Assembly (NCBI GenBank): GCA_015063695.1
Contig: SVTQ01000010.1
Location: 609 to 64,608 of the forward strand
Length of the DNA: 64,000 nt
Direction: 5' to 3'
Source: Oscillospiraceae bacterium
GTDB taxonomy: Bacteria; Bacillota; Clostridia; Oscillospirales; CAG-272
Positions within the stretch are counted from its first letter, which is position 1. Each line of letters opens with the position of its first letter. Made by a program: the position numbers and the translations under genes. Below the pieces are notes generated by a model. The model was not told the DNA's origin. It worked only from the letters and a program-made list of their open reading frames with translations, and made no database searches. This document shows, in pieces, positions 37,007 to 45,273 of this stretch.

Positions 37007-37152
37007 TACTTTTACCTCTGTATATAAATCTGTGATTAAAATTACTTTTTCGGAAAAACCTTCCGTTTATACAATACAGAGTTATTGTAGCACATCTTGG
37101 GAGAAAATACCACAGTTAAAGCAAAAAAAATTAAAAACAAATAAAAAACAAC

Positions 37153-37173
37153 GGGGAGCCATCTCAGCTCCCC
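37153..37173 (-). terminator. Terminator of pdxK
   Basis: GGGGAGC-loop-GCTCCCC, followed on the minus strand by a long U-run. Confidence 0.75.
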
Positions 37174-37186
37174 GAAAATTGCCGAC

Positions 37187-38026
37187 TTACTTTGTCAGCA
37201 TCGAAAGACATTTTTCAAACTTTACGCCGTACTTGTGGAAATCGTCACCCACAGTAAGCTTAATAGACTCAACCGTGAAATCAACGGCAGTTTTCAGCGC
37301 GCTCTCCATATCTGCGCCCTTTGTCAGCGCACCCATAAGAGAGGAAGAGAACACGTCACCCGTGCCGTGATAGGAAACGGGAATGTTTTCGCGGTGATAC
37401 TCAAAATATTCCCCTGTTTCGCTGCTATATGCAACTGCGCCCTGTGTGTCTTCACTGTAACGGACACCCGTAACGATAGCACATTTTGCACCCATAGCGC
37501 AAAGTCTATTCAGAAGACCGTGGATATATTCCTCTGTATGACCGTCGGGAACATATTCCTCTCCCAGCATGATAGCTGCCTCAGTAAGGTTGGGAACGAT
37601 CACGTCCGCCTTTGAGCAGAGCTTTGCCATCTCAGCGGCAAATTCTTCGGTAAAGCCCGTGTAGAGCTTGCCGTTATCAGCCATAACGGGGTCAATGAAA
37701 ACGAGACCGTCATCTCCTCTGAAGGCATCAATGAAATCGGATACCATGGAAAGCTGCTCCTTGGAGCCCAGATATCCTGTGTAGATACCGTCAAAATCTA
37801 TATTTTCCTTCTGCCAGTGAGCAGATATCTTCGGAATTTCATCTGTCAGGTCAGCAAAGGTGAAGCCTGAAAAGCCGCCTGTGTGTGTGGAAAGCACCGC
37901 GGTGGGAATGATACTGCATTCAATACCCATAGCGGAAATAACGGGGAGGGCTACCGTAAGGGAGCATTTACCGAAGCAGGAGATATCCTGAATCGTCACT
38001 ATTCTTTTCATTTCTCTTTTTTCCAT
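37187..38026 (-). CDS. pdxK: Pyridoxal/pyridoxine/pyridoxamine kinase
   Basis: Ribokinase-fold PdxK pattern (IQDISCFGKCSLTVALPV, HGTGDVFSS). Start set to the ATG after AAGGAG. The ORF-track GTG 38038 abuts the RBS. Confidence 0.85.
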   Translation of the reverse strand: MEKREMKRIVTIQDISCFGKCSLTVALPVISAMGIECSIIPTAVLSTHTGGFSGFTFADLTDEIPKISAHWQKENIDFDGIYTGYLGSKEQLSMVSDFIDAFRGDDGLVFIDPVMADNGKLYTGFTEEFAAEMAKLCSKADVIVPNLTEAAIMLGEEYVPDGHTEEYIHGLLNRLCAMGAKCAIVTGVRYSEDTQGAVAYSSETGEYFEYHRENIPVSYHGTGDVFSSSLMGALTKGADMESALKTAVDFTVESIKLTVGDDFHKYGVKFEKCLSMLTK

Positions 38027-38241
38027 TGTTAACGTCACTCCTTCGGTGAAAAAAGCTGGTTTTCATACCGTAAAATATTCTACTCCCCATACACCTTATG
38101 TGTCAATATAAAAATTAGCCTAAAATGAAGGGAAAGAAAGGCCGTTATTTTACACCTGCAATAAGGGATAAGAAAATTTATTATACTAAAGGCACAAAGC
38201 TTAAACTGTCAGCTGCAGCCCCCCGTCGGGCAACTCATATT

Positions 38242-38355
38242 TTAAAAGGGCATAAGTCTTATAAAAAGGTCCATAAGCAGGAGCACTCCCCAAAAGGCAA
38301 GACCCATAATGCCCATTGCCGCAAAATAAAGAGCTATGTTTTCAAGTGTTTTCAT
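38242..38355 (-). CDS. Possible 37-aa hydrophobic peptide
   Basis: ATG preceded by GAGG. MKTLENIALYFAAMGIMGLAFWGVLLLMDLFIRLMPF forms one TM helix. Below the ORF-track length cut-off. No homology evidence. Confidence 0.3.
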   Translation of the reverse strand: MKTLENIALYFAAMGIMGLAFWGVLLLMDLFIRLMPF

Positions 38356-38610
38356 ATTAGTACCTCACTTTCGTACTTTTAACACAAACTGTGTTTCTCA
38401 TATGCCGGACTTTCTGTTTACGCTTTCATTATACAGGCACACATGTCCGATAAACCGTACATATAAAACTGTTTTTTACGTCGGTTGCAACAAAAGAAAA
38501 CCTTCCTTTTTGTGAAAAACGCAGAAAAAGAAAAAGAGCCTTTGAAAAAGCTCCGATATAATGTAAAATATAAGAGTAAGATCCTGTAATTCTGAAAGAT
38601 AAGGTAAAAA

Positions 38611-39600
38611 ATGGCAAAAAGAGGAAAACAAAAGCTGAAGCTTCTCCGCATCCGCGATGCCCTTCTTGAATACTCCGACGAAACGCATCCCATGACCGTT
38701 GCAGACATTATCGGTTATCTCGAAACCTGCGGCATTGAAGCGGAGCGCAAAAGCATTTATGAGGATATTGAAGAACTGAAATATTACGGAATGGATATCA
38801 TTACCGTCAAGGGCAAGGGCGGCGGCTACTACGTTGGAAGCCGCGACTTTGAAACGGCGGAGCTGAAGCTCCTCGTTGACGCGGTCCAGTCATCAAAATT
38901 TATTACCACCGCCAAAAGCCGTCAGCTTATAGACAGTATTTCCTCTCTTGCGGGAGTTCACGACAGAGCGAAGCTGAAAAGACAGATTTATATCTCCGAC
39001 CGTATAAAGTCAATGAATAAAAGTATTTACTACACCGTTGACAGTATACATACGGCGATAAACGAAAACTCAAAGATAAGATTTGGTTATTATCATCTGA
39101 ACAGTAAAAAGGAAAAGATAAGGCACCACGACGGAAAGATCTACGAGGCAAGCCCCTGGCTTCTCACCTGGAACGACGAATACTATTATCTTGCGGCATA
39201 CGATAGCAAAAGCGGCATAATGAAACACTACCGTGTTGATAAAATGGAGAGAGTTACCGTCACGGGCGAAAGGCGCGACGGCGAAGAAGTTTTCAAAAAA
39301 ATGGATCTTGACCTCTATTCAACGGGTATGTTCGGAATGTTCACAGGTGAGCTTGAAAACGTCACCCTCGAATGTGACGAAAGCCTTGCGGGAGCAGTTC
39401 TTGACCGCTTCGGCATGGATACCTTTACCTCACAGAGGGAAAACGGAAAATTTATCGCCTCCGTCAAGGTTGCCGTCAGTCCCCTCTTTTTCGGATGGGT
39501 AGCAGGCTTTGGTACCAAAATGAAGATAACAGCCCCCGAAAGAGTTGCAAATGAAATGAAAAACAATCTTTCGGATATACTGAAGCTGTACGAAAGCTGA
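38611..39600 (+). CDS. WYL-domain transcriptional regulator (HTH-WYL-WCX architecture)
   Basis: N-terminal wHTH (LLRIRDALLEYSDETHPMTVADI). Central WYL-like segment (ASPWLLTWNDEYYYLAAYD...HYRVDKM). C-terminal extension domain. Confidence 0.8.
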   Translation: MAKRGKQKLKLLRIRDALLEYSDETHPMTVADIIGYLETCGIEAERKSIYEDIEELKYYGMDIITVKGKGGGYYVGSRDFETAELKLLVDAVQSSKFITTAKSRQLIDSISSLAGVHDRAKLKRQIYISDRIKSMNKSIYYTVDSIHTAINENSKIRFGYYHLNSKKEKIRHHDGKIYEASPWLLTWNDEYYYLAAYDSKSGIMKHYRVDKMERVTVTGERRDGEEVFKKMDLDLYSTGMFGMFTGELENVTLECDESLAGAVLDRFGMDTFTSQRENGKFIASVKVAVSPLFFGWVAGFGTKMKITAPERVANEMKNNLSDILKLYES

Positions 39601-39617
39601 TTTTAAGGAGCATAGTT

Positions 39618-40046
39618 ATGGAAAAAATAATAGTAAGCGCATGTCTCCTCGGCGTATCCTGCCGTTATGACGGAAAAAGCGTTCCCCGCGAAAAGGTAAT
39701 CGCACTCATGAATAAATATATCCTTATTCCCGTCTGCGCAGAGGTCCTCGGCGGACTTGCCACTCCACGCGTTCCCTCGGAAATTGTCGGCGGTAAAGTC
39801 ATAAATAAAGAAGGGGTTGACGTTACGGAAAACTACCTGCGCGGAGCAAAGGAAGTCCTTCGCCTTTGTAAACTTTACGGGGTGAAAAAAGCGATACTCA
39901 AAGAAAAAAGCCCCTCCTGCGGTGTCAATCTCATCTATGACGGCACCTTTTCGGGCACTTTAAAAAACGGTCACGGCATCTGCGCCGACCTTCTCTCCCG
40001 AAACGGAATTGAAATTTTCAGTGAAGAGAACTCAGACAAACTTTAA
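39618..40046 (+). CDS. DUF523 protein (TudS-like putative thiouracil desulfidase)
   Basis: VSACLLGVSCRYDG start. Conserved Cys in PVCAEV and SPSCG, as in the DUF523 Fe-S family. Confidence 0.75.
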   Translation: MEKIIVSACLLGVSCRYDGKSVPREKVIALMNKYILIPVCAEVLGGLATPRVPSEIVGGKVINKEGVDVTENYLRGAKEVLRLCKLYGVKKAILKEKSPSCGVNLIYDGTFSGTLKNGHGICADLLSRNGIEIFSEENSDKL

Positions 40047-40055
40047 TAACAAACA

Positions 40056-40107
40056 AAACGGCACTGTGTAAACGTAGAAAAATCTGCAAAACAACACAGT
40101 GCCGTTT
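40056..40107 (+). repeat. Long-hairpin element HP2 copy 3 (terminator of the DUF523 gene)
   Basis: AAACGGCACTGTGT-AAACGTAGAAAAATCTGCAAAACA-ACACAGTGCCGTTT plus T-run. The stem carries compensatory A>G / T>C changes relative to copies 1 and 2. Confidence 0.8.
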
Positions 40108-40132
40108 TTTTATACAAAAATATTCCCGAGCT

Positions 40133-40190
40133 CCCTTTCAAAAATTTTTGAAAGGGGTACGGGGGAAACTTTTTATAAAAAGTTTCCCCC
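40133..40190 (-). repeat. REP-like element copy G (M2+M1, inverted)
   Basis: CCCTTTCAAAAATTTTTGAAAGGGG, TAC, GGGGGAAACTTTTTATAAAAAGTTTCCCCC. Confidence 0.8.
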
Positions 40191-40208
40191 GCATATCCAA
40201 ACTATTTC

Positions 40209-40784
40209 TTACTTCGCATCACTGGGCTTAGCGCAACCGGGAAGGTCAACCTCGCCGAGCTTCTTTACTTCAAAGCCGTTAGCCTTGAATTCTTCATAAT
40301 CGAAAGCTTCGAGCTCGTCATAAGCGAGCTTGTGGAATTCATAGAAGTTAGGCCACCATTCGTAGCCGTCGCCCATGTTATTTTCAAGGAAAAGGTCGGC
40401 AATTTCAATACCGAGATTGTGACCGATGTAGTGACCGCCCATAGCGAGAACGTTACAGTTGTTACCTGTAATAGCGCGGAGAGCCGCATGAGGGCTTTCA
40501 ACAACTGCTGCATGAACGTGAGGACACTTGCTTGCCGCGATATGGATACCCATACCTGTGCCGCAGAAGATAAGAGCTCTTTCGAACTCGCCTTCGGCGA
40601 TCTTAGCACCTGCCTTAAGGCCGATGCGGTGGAACATTTCGGGATTTTCTTCGTCGATGGTCTTAACACCGATGTCTGTTACTGTCCAGCCCTTGCTCTC
40701 AAGGTGCTCAACGATAGCGTTCTTAAGGTTAACGCCTGCGATATCAGCAGCAACCAGAACCTGCTTGTCTTTGATTGTTTTCAT
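40209..40784 (-). CDS. RpiB/LacA/LacB-family sugar-phosphate isomerase with C-terminal extension
   Basis: ALIFCGTGMGIHIAASK core motif. About 40 extra C-terminal residues compared with a typical ~150-aa RpiB. Confidence 0.75.
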   Translation of the reverse strand: MKTIKDKQVLVAADIAGVNLKNAIVEHLESKGWTVTDIGVKTIDEENPEMFHRIGLKAGAKIAEGEFERALIFCGTGMGIHIAASKCPHVHAAVVESPHAALRAITGNNCNVLAMGGHYIGHNLGIEIADLFLENNMGDGYEWWPNFYEFHKLAYDELEAFDYEEFKANGFEVKKLGEVDLPGCAKPSDAK

Positions 40785-40821
40785 TTTTTCTACCTCTTAT
40801 CTGATTAAAATTATTTCTTTA

Positions 40822-41553
40822 TTACTTTCTGTCGGAAAGGCGGTTGGAATAGAGCCACGCGCCGATGCCGGGCTCGGAGCAAGCCATGTCCCAGACCCAA
40901 TGTCCTTCTCCTGCGTACTCCTTATATTCTATCTTATTGCCGCCTGCGGCAATGATAGCGTTGTAAATATTTCTTGTTCCCTGAACGAGAACTGCATCGT
41001 CAACGTCGCCGTGGAAGGTGCGTATGGGAATATCTCTCAGAAGCTCTGCCTTTGAAGGGTCAGCACCGCCGCAGATAGGCATACCTGCCGCGAAGATATC
41101 ACCGTGACGCATAAGAAGGTCCCAGGTACCGAAACCGCCCATAGAGATACCCATTACGTAAACTCTGTCGCGGTCAGCATTATACTTTGTGATAACCTCG
41201 TCAAGAAGCTTAATAACAGTTTTGAGCTGCCAGGTTTCTGCAACGTTATCAACACTGTAATCAACTTCGTACCAGGGAGTGTTTACCCACTGTGTTTCAG
41301 CGGGACACTGAGGAGCGATGATAATGGAATCCTTCGCCTCGGGATTGTTCTTTGCGAATGCGCCGAGAGCGTTGATAAGCTGAATATGATTATCGTCGCC
41401 GCGTTCACCTGCACCGTGCATAAAGAGCAGAACGGGCAGATTTTCGGGCGCTCCTTCGGGAACGTAAAGTCTGAAGGGAATGTTTCCTTCCTCTCCTTCA
41501 CAGATCTCGGGACTGAAGGGAGCAAGTATCTGTTCAACTTCGTATAAGTACAT
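40822..41553 (-). CDS. Alpha/beta-hydrolase esterase
   Basis: HGAGERGDD, nucleophile elbow GISMGGFG, HGDVDDAV, GEGHWVW (Ser-Asp-His). Start set to the ATG (MYLYEV...) after GGAGGA. The ORF-track ATG 41568 contains the RBS. Confidence 0.75.
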   Translation of the reverse strand: MYLYEVEQILAPFSPEICEGEEGNIPFRLYVPEGAPENLPVLLFMHGAGERGDDNHIQLINALGAFAKNNPEAKDSIIIAPQCPAETQWVNTPWYEVDYSVDNVAETWQLKTVIKLLDEVITKYNADRDRVYVMGISMGGFGTWDLLMRHGDIFAAGMPICGGADPSKAELLRDIPIRTFHGDVDDAVLVQGTRNIYNAIIAAGGNKIEYKEYAGEGHWVWDMACSEPGIGAWLYSNRLSDRK

Positions 41554-41652
41554 ATTATTTTCCTCCATGGAAATTATCTGCTGCTACAAGTATACCAACT
41601 TTTTTACAAGTTTTCAAGGCGGGCGGACAAAAAACTTTAAGCTCGCGCCTTC

Positions 41653-41895
41653 TTATTTGAGCAAAAGCTCCGCTTTGCAGGCTTTGCATATCTTCTTGTC
41701 CTTGAAATCAATAACGTCGGCCGTAGAACCGCAGAAAATGCAGGAGGGTTCATATTTTCTGAGAATTATGGAGTTGTTCTCAAAAAATATCTCGATACCG
41801 CTGTCGGGACCGATATCAAGCCTGTTTCTCATCTCAATGGGAAGGACAAAACGGCCCAGTGAGTCGATCTTTCTTACTATACCCGTGCTTTTCAT
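41653..41895 (-). CDS. abrB: AbrB-family transition-state regulator
   Basis: MKSTGIVRKIDSLGRFVLPIEMR SpoVT/AbrB swapped-hairpin domain. C-terminal CIFCG...CKAC as in clostridial AbrB paralogues. Confidence 0.88.
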   Translation of the reverse strand: MKSTGIVRKIDSLGRFVLPIEMRNRLDIGPDSGIEIFFENNSIILRKYEPSCIFCGSTADVIDFKDKKICKACKAELLLK

Positions 41896-41985
41896 AGTAT
41901 TTTTTCTCCTTTTTCAAAATAAAATTATTATGTATTATGTGTTCCGCCAAGGCGGATATTGAACGGTTTGTGAAAGGATGACGAA

Positions 41986-42570
41986 ATGCTCGGAAAATGC
42001 TTCTCTGTGCTCACCCTTGTTTCATTTGTTTTTGCCATTTTTCTCGGGAATACCGAAGCTGTGGCAGTTGGCGCAATAGACGGCGCAGCCGCGGCAATTA
42101 AGACAGTTATCTCACTTTCGGGCATGATGTGCCTCTGGTGCGGAATAATGAACGTATTCAGAAAAGCGGGACTTGTTGAAAAGCTTTCAAAGCTTCTCTC
42201 CCCCGTACTTTCACTCATTTTCCCCACCGCTTTTAAAACCGGAAACGCCAAGGAAGAAATAACGGGAGCGGTAAGCGCAAATCTTCTCGGGATCGGCAAC
42301 GCCGCAACACCCTTTGCCCTTTCGGCCATGAAGAAAATGGACGAAAATCACAAAAAAACCGTGGCTACGGACGACATGATAATGCTCACTGTCCTTGCGG
42401 CATCCCCCGTCACTCTTCTTCCAACCACCCTTATTACTCTCCGACGGGCGGCAGGCTCTCTTTATCCTTATAAAATAATAATTCCCGTATGGATAGGCTC
42501 TCTTGTAACCTGCCTTTTCGCCGTAATTCTCTGCAAACTTTGCGCCGCCGTAAGAAATCGAAAATTATGA
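41986..42570 (+). CDS. spmA: Spore maturation protein A (nucleoside-recognition membrane protein)
   Basis: Gate-domain membrane protein with LSGMMCLWCGIMNV and NLLGIGNAATPF motifs. Paired with spmB. Confidence 0.8.
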   Translation: MLGKCFSVLTLVSFVFAIFLGNTEAVAVGAIDGAAAAIKTVISLSGMMCLWCGIMNVFRKAGLVEKLSKLLSPVLSLIFPTAFKTGNAKEEITGAVSANLLGIGNAATPFALSAMKKMDENHKKTVATDDMIMLTVLAASPVTLLPTTLITLRRAAGSLYPYKIIIPVWIGSLVTCLFAVILCKLCAAVRNRKL

Positions 42571-43091
42571 TAGGTTACGTATCTTCTCTCATAATACCGC
42601 TTATACTGTGCGCCCTTTCCGCCTTTCTGTTTTTTGACAAAAAGAACTATTTTGATGCCTTTATTGAAGGCGCCAAGGAAGGACTTTCCGTCACGGTATC
42701 ACTCATACCCGCCATGGTACTTATCATGACCGCTCTTTCAATGCTGTCTGCAAGCGGAGCCATCGCTTTTATTATCGAAAAATCAAACGGATTTTTTGAA
42801 AAAATCGGAATTCCCTCGGAAATACTCCCTCTTATTCTCACCCGTCCCTTCTCCGGCTCGGGAGCTAACGCTTCCTATACTCAGCTTCTGAGTGAAACGG
42901 GAGCAGACAGCTTCCCCGCTTTTGCGGCTTCCGTTATCATGGGAAGCGGCGACACGCTCGTGTATATAATATCCGTATATTTTTCGGGAGCGAGGCACGT
43001 AAAAAACACCGCCTATACCATCCCCGTTTCGCTCTGCGCCATGATATTTTCCGTCTTTTTCTGCTGTTTTCTTGCAAGACTGTTCTACTGA
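42567..43091 (+). CDS. spmB: Spore maturation protein B
   Basis: ATGA overlap with spmA. TRPFSGSGA motif. Five or so TM segments. Confidence 0.8.
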   Translation: MIGYVSSLIIPLILCALSAFLFFDKKNYFDAFIEGAKEGLSVTVSLIPAMVLIMTALSMLSASGAIAFIIEKSNGFFEKIGIPSEILPLILTRPFSGSGANASYTQLLSETGADSFPAFAASVIMGSGDTLVYIISVYFSGARHVKNTAYTIPVSLCAMIFSVFFCCFLARLFY

Positions 43092-43178
43092 TCCGACTAA
43101 AAAGCTGAAATTCCTCTTGAAAAAACCTTCAATTAATGTGATAATATAAATAAAGATTATCATGTGAGAGGAATTAAC

Positions 43179-43883
43179 ATGGAACAGATATATACAATAC
43201 CCATAAACGAGGCATTTGAAAACAGCGCGTCAGACCACTCGCTGGGCTGTCCCTTCTGTAATCTTCATAAGAAGTTCGAAGACGACGAGCTTTCCCTCAT
43301 CCTCGGCGCTTCCATGATGGAACCCGATGTGCGCATAAAGACAAACGAGCTGGGCTTTTGCAACCGTCACTATAAGAAAATGTTTTCTGCAGGCAAAAAA
43401 CTTCCCCTTGCTCTTATTCTTGAGAGCCATCTTGCAACAGTTTCCGAAAGCCTTACAATAAATAAGCTTCTTCCCGCCGCAAGCGGAAAAAACGCCGCAA
43501 AAACCTTCTCAAAGCTCTCCGAGACCTGCTATATCTGCGAGAGAATAGAAAGAAATTTCAACCACATGCTTAATAACGCCGTCGCTCTCTTCATGGCGGA
43601 CGTGGATTTCAGAAAGAAATGCGCCTCTCAGCCCTGCTTCTGCATAGAGCACTACGGTCAGTTTCTCGCCATGGCACAGCAAAAGCTGAAGGGCAAGGAT
43701 TTTGCCGCCCTTTATAAAACTGTTTTCCAGGTGGAAGAGAAGTACGTGAAGAAGGTTCAGGAAAACGTCTCCTTTTTCGTCAAAAAATTCGATTACCGCT
43801 ATGCGGACGAGCCTTGGGGTGATGCAAAGGATGCGGTCGAAAAGGCAATAATTTCCCTCACAGGCGAGCATCCCGAAGAATGA
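43179..43883 (+). CDS. Cys-rich hypothetical protein (DUF6062-like)
   Basis: CPFC...FCNRH and CYIC...FCIEH cysteine pairs. ATG 43179 follows GAGAGG. Family assignment is from memory of the pattern only. Confidence 0.5.
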   Translation: MEQIYTIPINEAFENSASDHSLGCPFCNLHKKFEDDELSLILGASMMEPDVRIKTNELGFCNRHYKKMFSAGKKLPLALILESHLATVSESLTINKLLPAASGKNAAKTFSKLSETCYICERIERNFNHMLNNAVALFMADVDFRKKCASQPCFCIEHYGQFLAMAQQKLKGKDFAALYKTVFQVEEKYVKKVQENVSFFVKKFDYRYADEPWGDAKDAVEKAIISLTGEHPEE

Positions 43884-43895
43884 TTTCAAAAGGTG

Positions 43896-43921
43896 TCCTC
43901 TCTTTCAGTTGGAAGAGAGGA
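43896..43921 (+). terminator. Terminator after the DUF6062-like gene
   Basis: TCCTCTCTT-TCAGTTGG-AAGAGAGGA, followed by TATTTTATTGTTTT. Confidence 0.7.
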
Positions 43922-44215
43922 TATTTTATTGTTTTGAAATGCCAATTTATGGTAATTGAGCATATAAATTTCCAATATTTACCTTATATTGACATTATAT
44001 ACCAATTTAAAGATTTTTTCAAGGGTAATAACAAAGGTTTTTCATTATTTACAACAGGCATCACTTCCTCGCAATTTTACAATCCGAAATACCAAAGGAA
44101 TATAAAACACATAAACAAGCGACATAAACTTTGCTCAGTATTTGCCAATATTTTTGCGTGTTATGTAATATACTTTTTCCACATGAAAAATAATAGAGTC
44201 AATCAGAGGAAAACT

Positions 44216-45004
44216 ATGAATTCAAATATTTTTAATATATATACTGATACCGCAGATCATCAGAACCTCGACAATAACGTACAATATAGATACCACGTAG
44301 AGCTTACTCCACGAAAAAGCTGTATTACTGCTAAAGAATTTGCTTCCTTTACAAAAAGCATCAAAGAATACGGAATTTTTGAACCTATAATCATTGATGA
44401 GACCGGAAACGTAATTGACGGTAACAAAAGGTATTATGCCGCCGTTTCCCTCGGCATGATATATCTGCCATGCATTACGGAAGGCGTACATTACATTCCT
44501 GCCTACAAATCAGTACTTGATACAATTACCGACCCCTCCCTTCATTTTTTCCAAAAAGCCTCGTCAATATTTGAATTATCGGATAAATATCTTATGACCC
44601 AAGAAAAAATTGCTATTTTGCTTGGAGTAAGCCAGTCATATGTAGCAAACAAAATGCGACTGCTTACATTTACAGAACAACAAATTAAGCTGATAATTGA
44701 AGGAGCTCTGACTGAAAGACACGCAAGAGCCTTACTTAGAATTAAAAACACTGATAAACGGACGGAAGCGATCCGCTACGCAGTCGAAAACGGCATGAAC
44801 GTTTCTTCTACAGAAAAATACATCGACAACATAATTGAAAATAGTTTTGACTTTGACATAATTAACAAACCCCAAGGGGTAAAAGCCGCATGTAAAGAAA
44901 TCGACAAATTTTCGAGCGCCGCCAAGGAAATGGGGGTATTTGTAAAAATCAATCGCGCCGAAGATACTCGATCAATCAACTACACAGTAAAGATCTACAA
45001 GTAA
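44216..45004 (+). CDS. Divergent ParB/Noc-like protein
   Basis: ParB N-domain (GIFEPIIIDETGNVIDGNKRYYAA), HTH (QEKIAILLGVSQSYVANKMRLL, LTERHARALL). Start at the ATG after AGAGGA. Upstream 43880..44215 is AT-rich noncoding. Confidence 0.75.
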   Translation: MNSNIFNIYTDTADHQNLDNNVQYRYHVELTPRKSCITAKEFASFTKSIKEYGIFEPIIIDETGNVIDGNKRYYAAVSLGMIYLPCITEGVHYIPAYKSVLDTITDPSLHFFQKASSIFELSDKYLMTQEKIAILLGVSQSYVANKMRLLTFTEQQIKLIIEGALTERHARALLRIKNTDKRTEAIRYAVENGMNVSSTEKYIDNIIENSFDFDIINKPQGVKAACKEIDKFSSAAKEMGVFVKINRAEDTRSINYTVKIYK

Positions 45005-45011
45005 CAAATAA

Positions 45012-45027
45012 TGTTTCACGTGAAACA
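45012..45027. promoter_or_regulatory. parS site 1
   Basis: TGTTTCACGTGAAACA, a perfect 16-bp palindrome matching the Firmicute parS consensus TGTTNCACGTGAAACA. Confidence 0.9.
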
Positions 45028-45037
45028 TTTAAATGTA

Positions 45038-45080
45038 GAAGAGGATGTAAAAAACTGACAGGTTTTTTTACAACCTCTTC
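45038..45080 (+). terminator. Terminator of the noc-like gene
   Basis: Imperfect long stem GAAGAGGATGTAAAAAAC / GGTTTTTTTACAACCTCTTC, followed by TTTTCATTTT. Confidence 0.6.
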
Positions 45081-45099
45081 TTTTCATTTTGATCGCAAC

Positions 45100-45115
45100 T
45101 GTTTCACGTGAAACA
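45100..45115. promoter_or_regulatory. parS site 2
   Basis: Second identical TGTTTCACGTGAAACA, 88 bp from site 1 and about 160 bp upstream of parA. Confidence 0.9.
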
Positions 45116-45273
45116 ATTTTAATCACTACAAATAAAAAAATATTAGCAATTAAACCAATTGACAAAAGGCTCCTATATGATATATAATATATTTTGATAG
45201 GATTTGCTCAAAAACGCAATTCAAGTAACCTTATACTAAAAAACAACTGAATATATAGAATTTAGGAGAAAAA

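Noticed and set aside
37007-37150. Possible T-box or other leader upstream of asnS
   Set aside because: Only about 140 nt are available. There is no GGUGGUACCGCG box and no terminator/antiterminator pair.
38125-38382. 85-aa Lys-rich plus-strand ORF
   Set aside because: It has no RBS and odd composition. A short hydrophobic ORF with an RBS on the opposite strand explains the open frames better, though that ORF is itself only low confidence.
43880-44215. N-terminal 112 codons of the 374-aa ORF-track call for the noc-like gene
   Set aside because: The stretch begins with a terminator hairpin (43896..43921). It is AT-rich and has implausible composition (FYNPKYQRNIKHINKRHK...). A good RBS (AGAGGA) precedes ATG 44216, where ParB homology begins.
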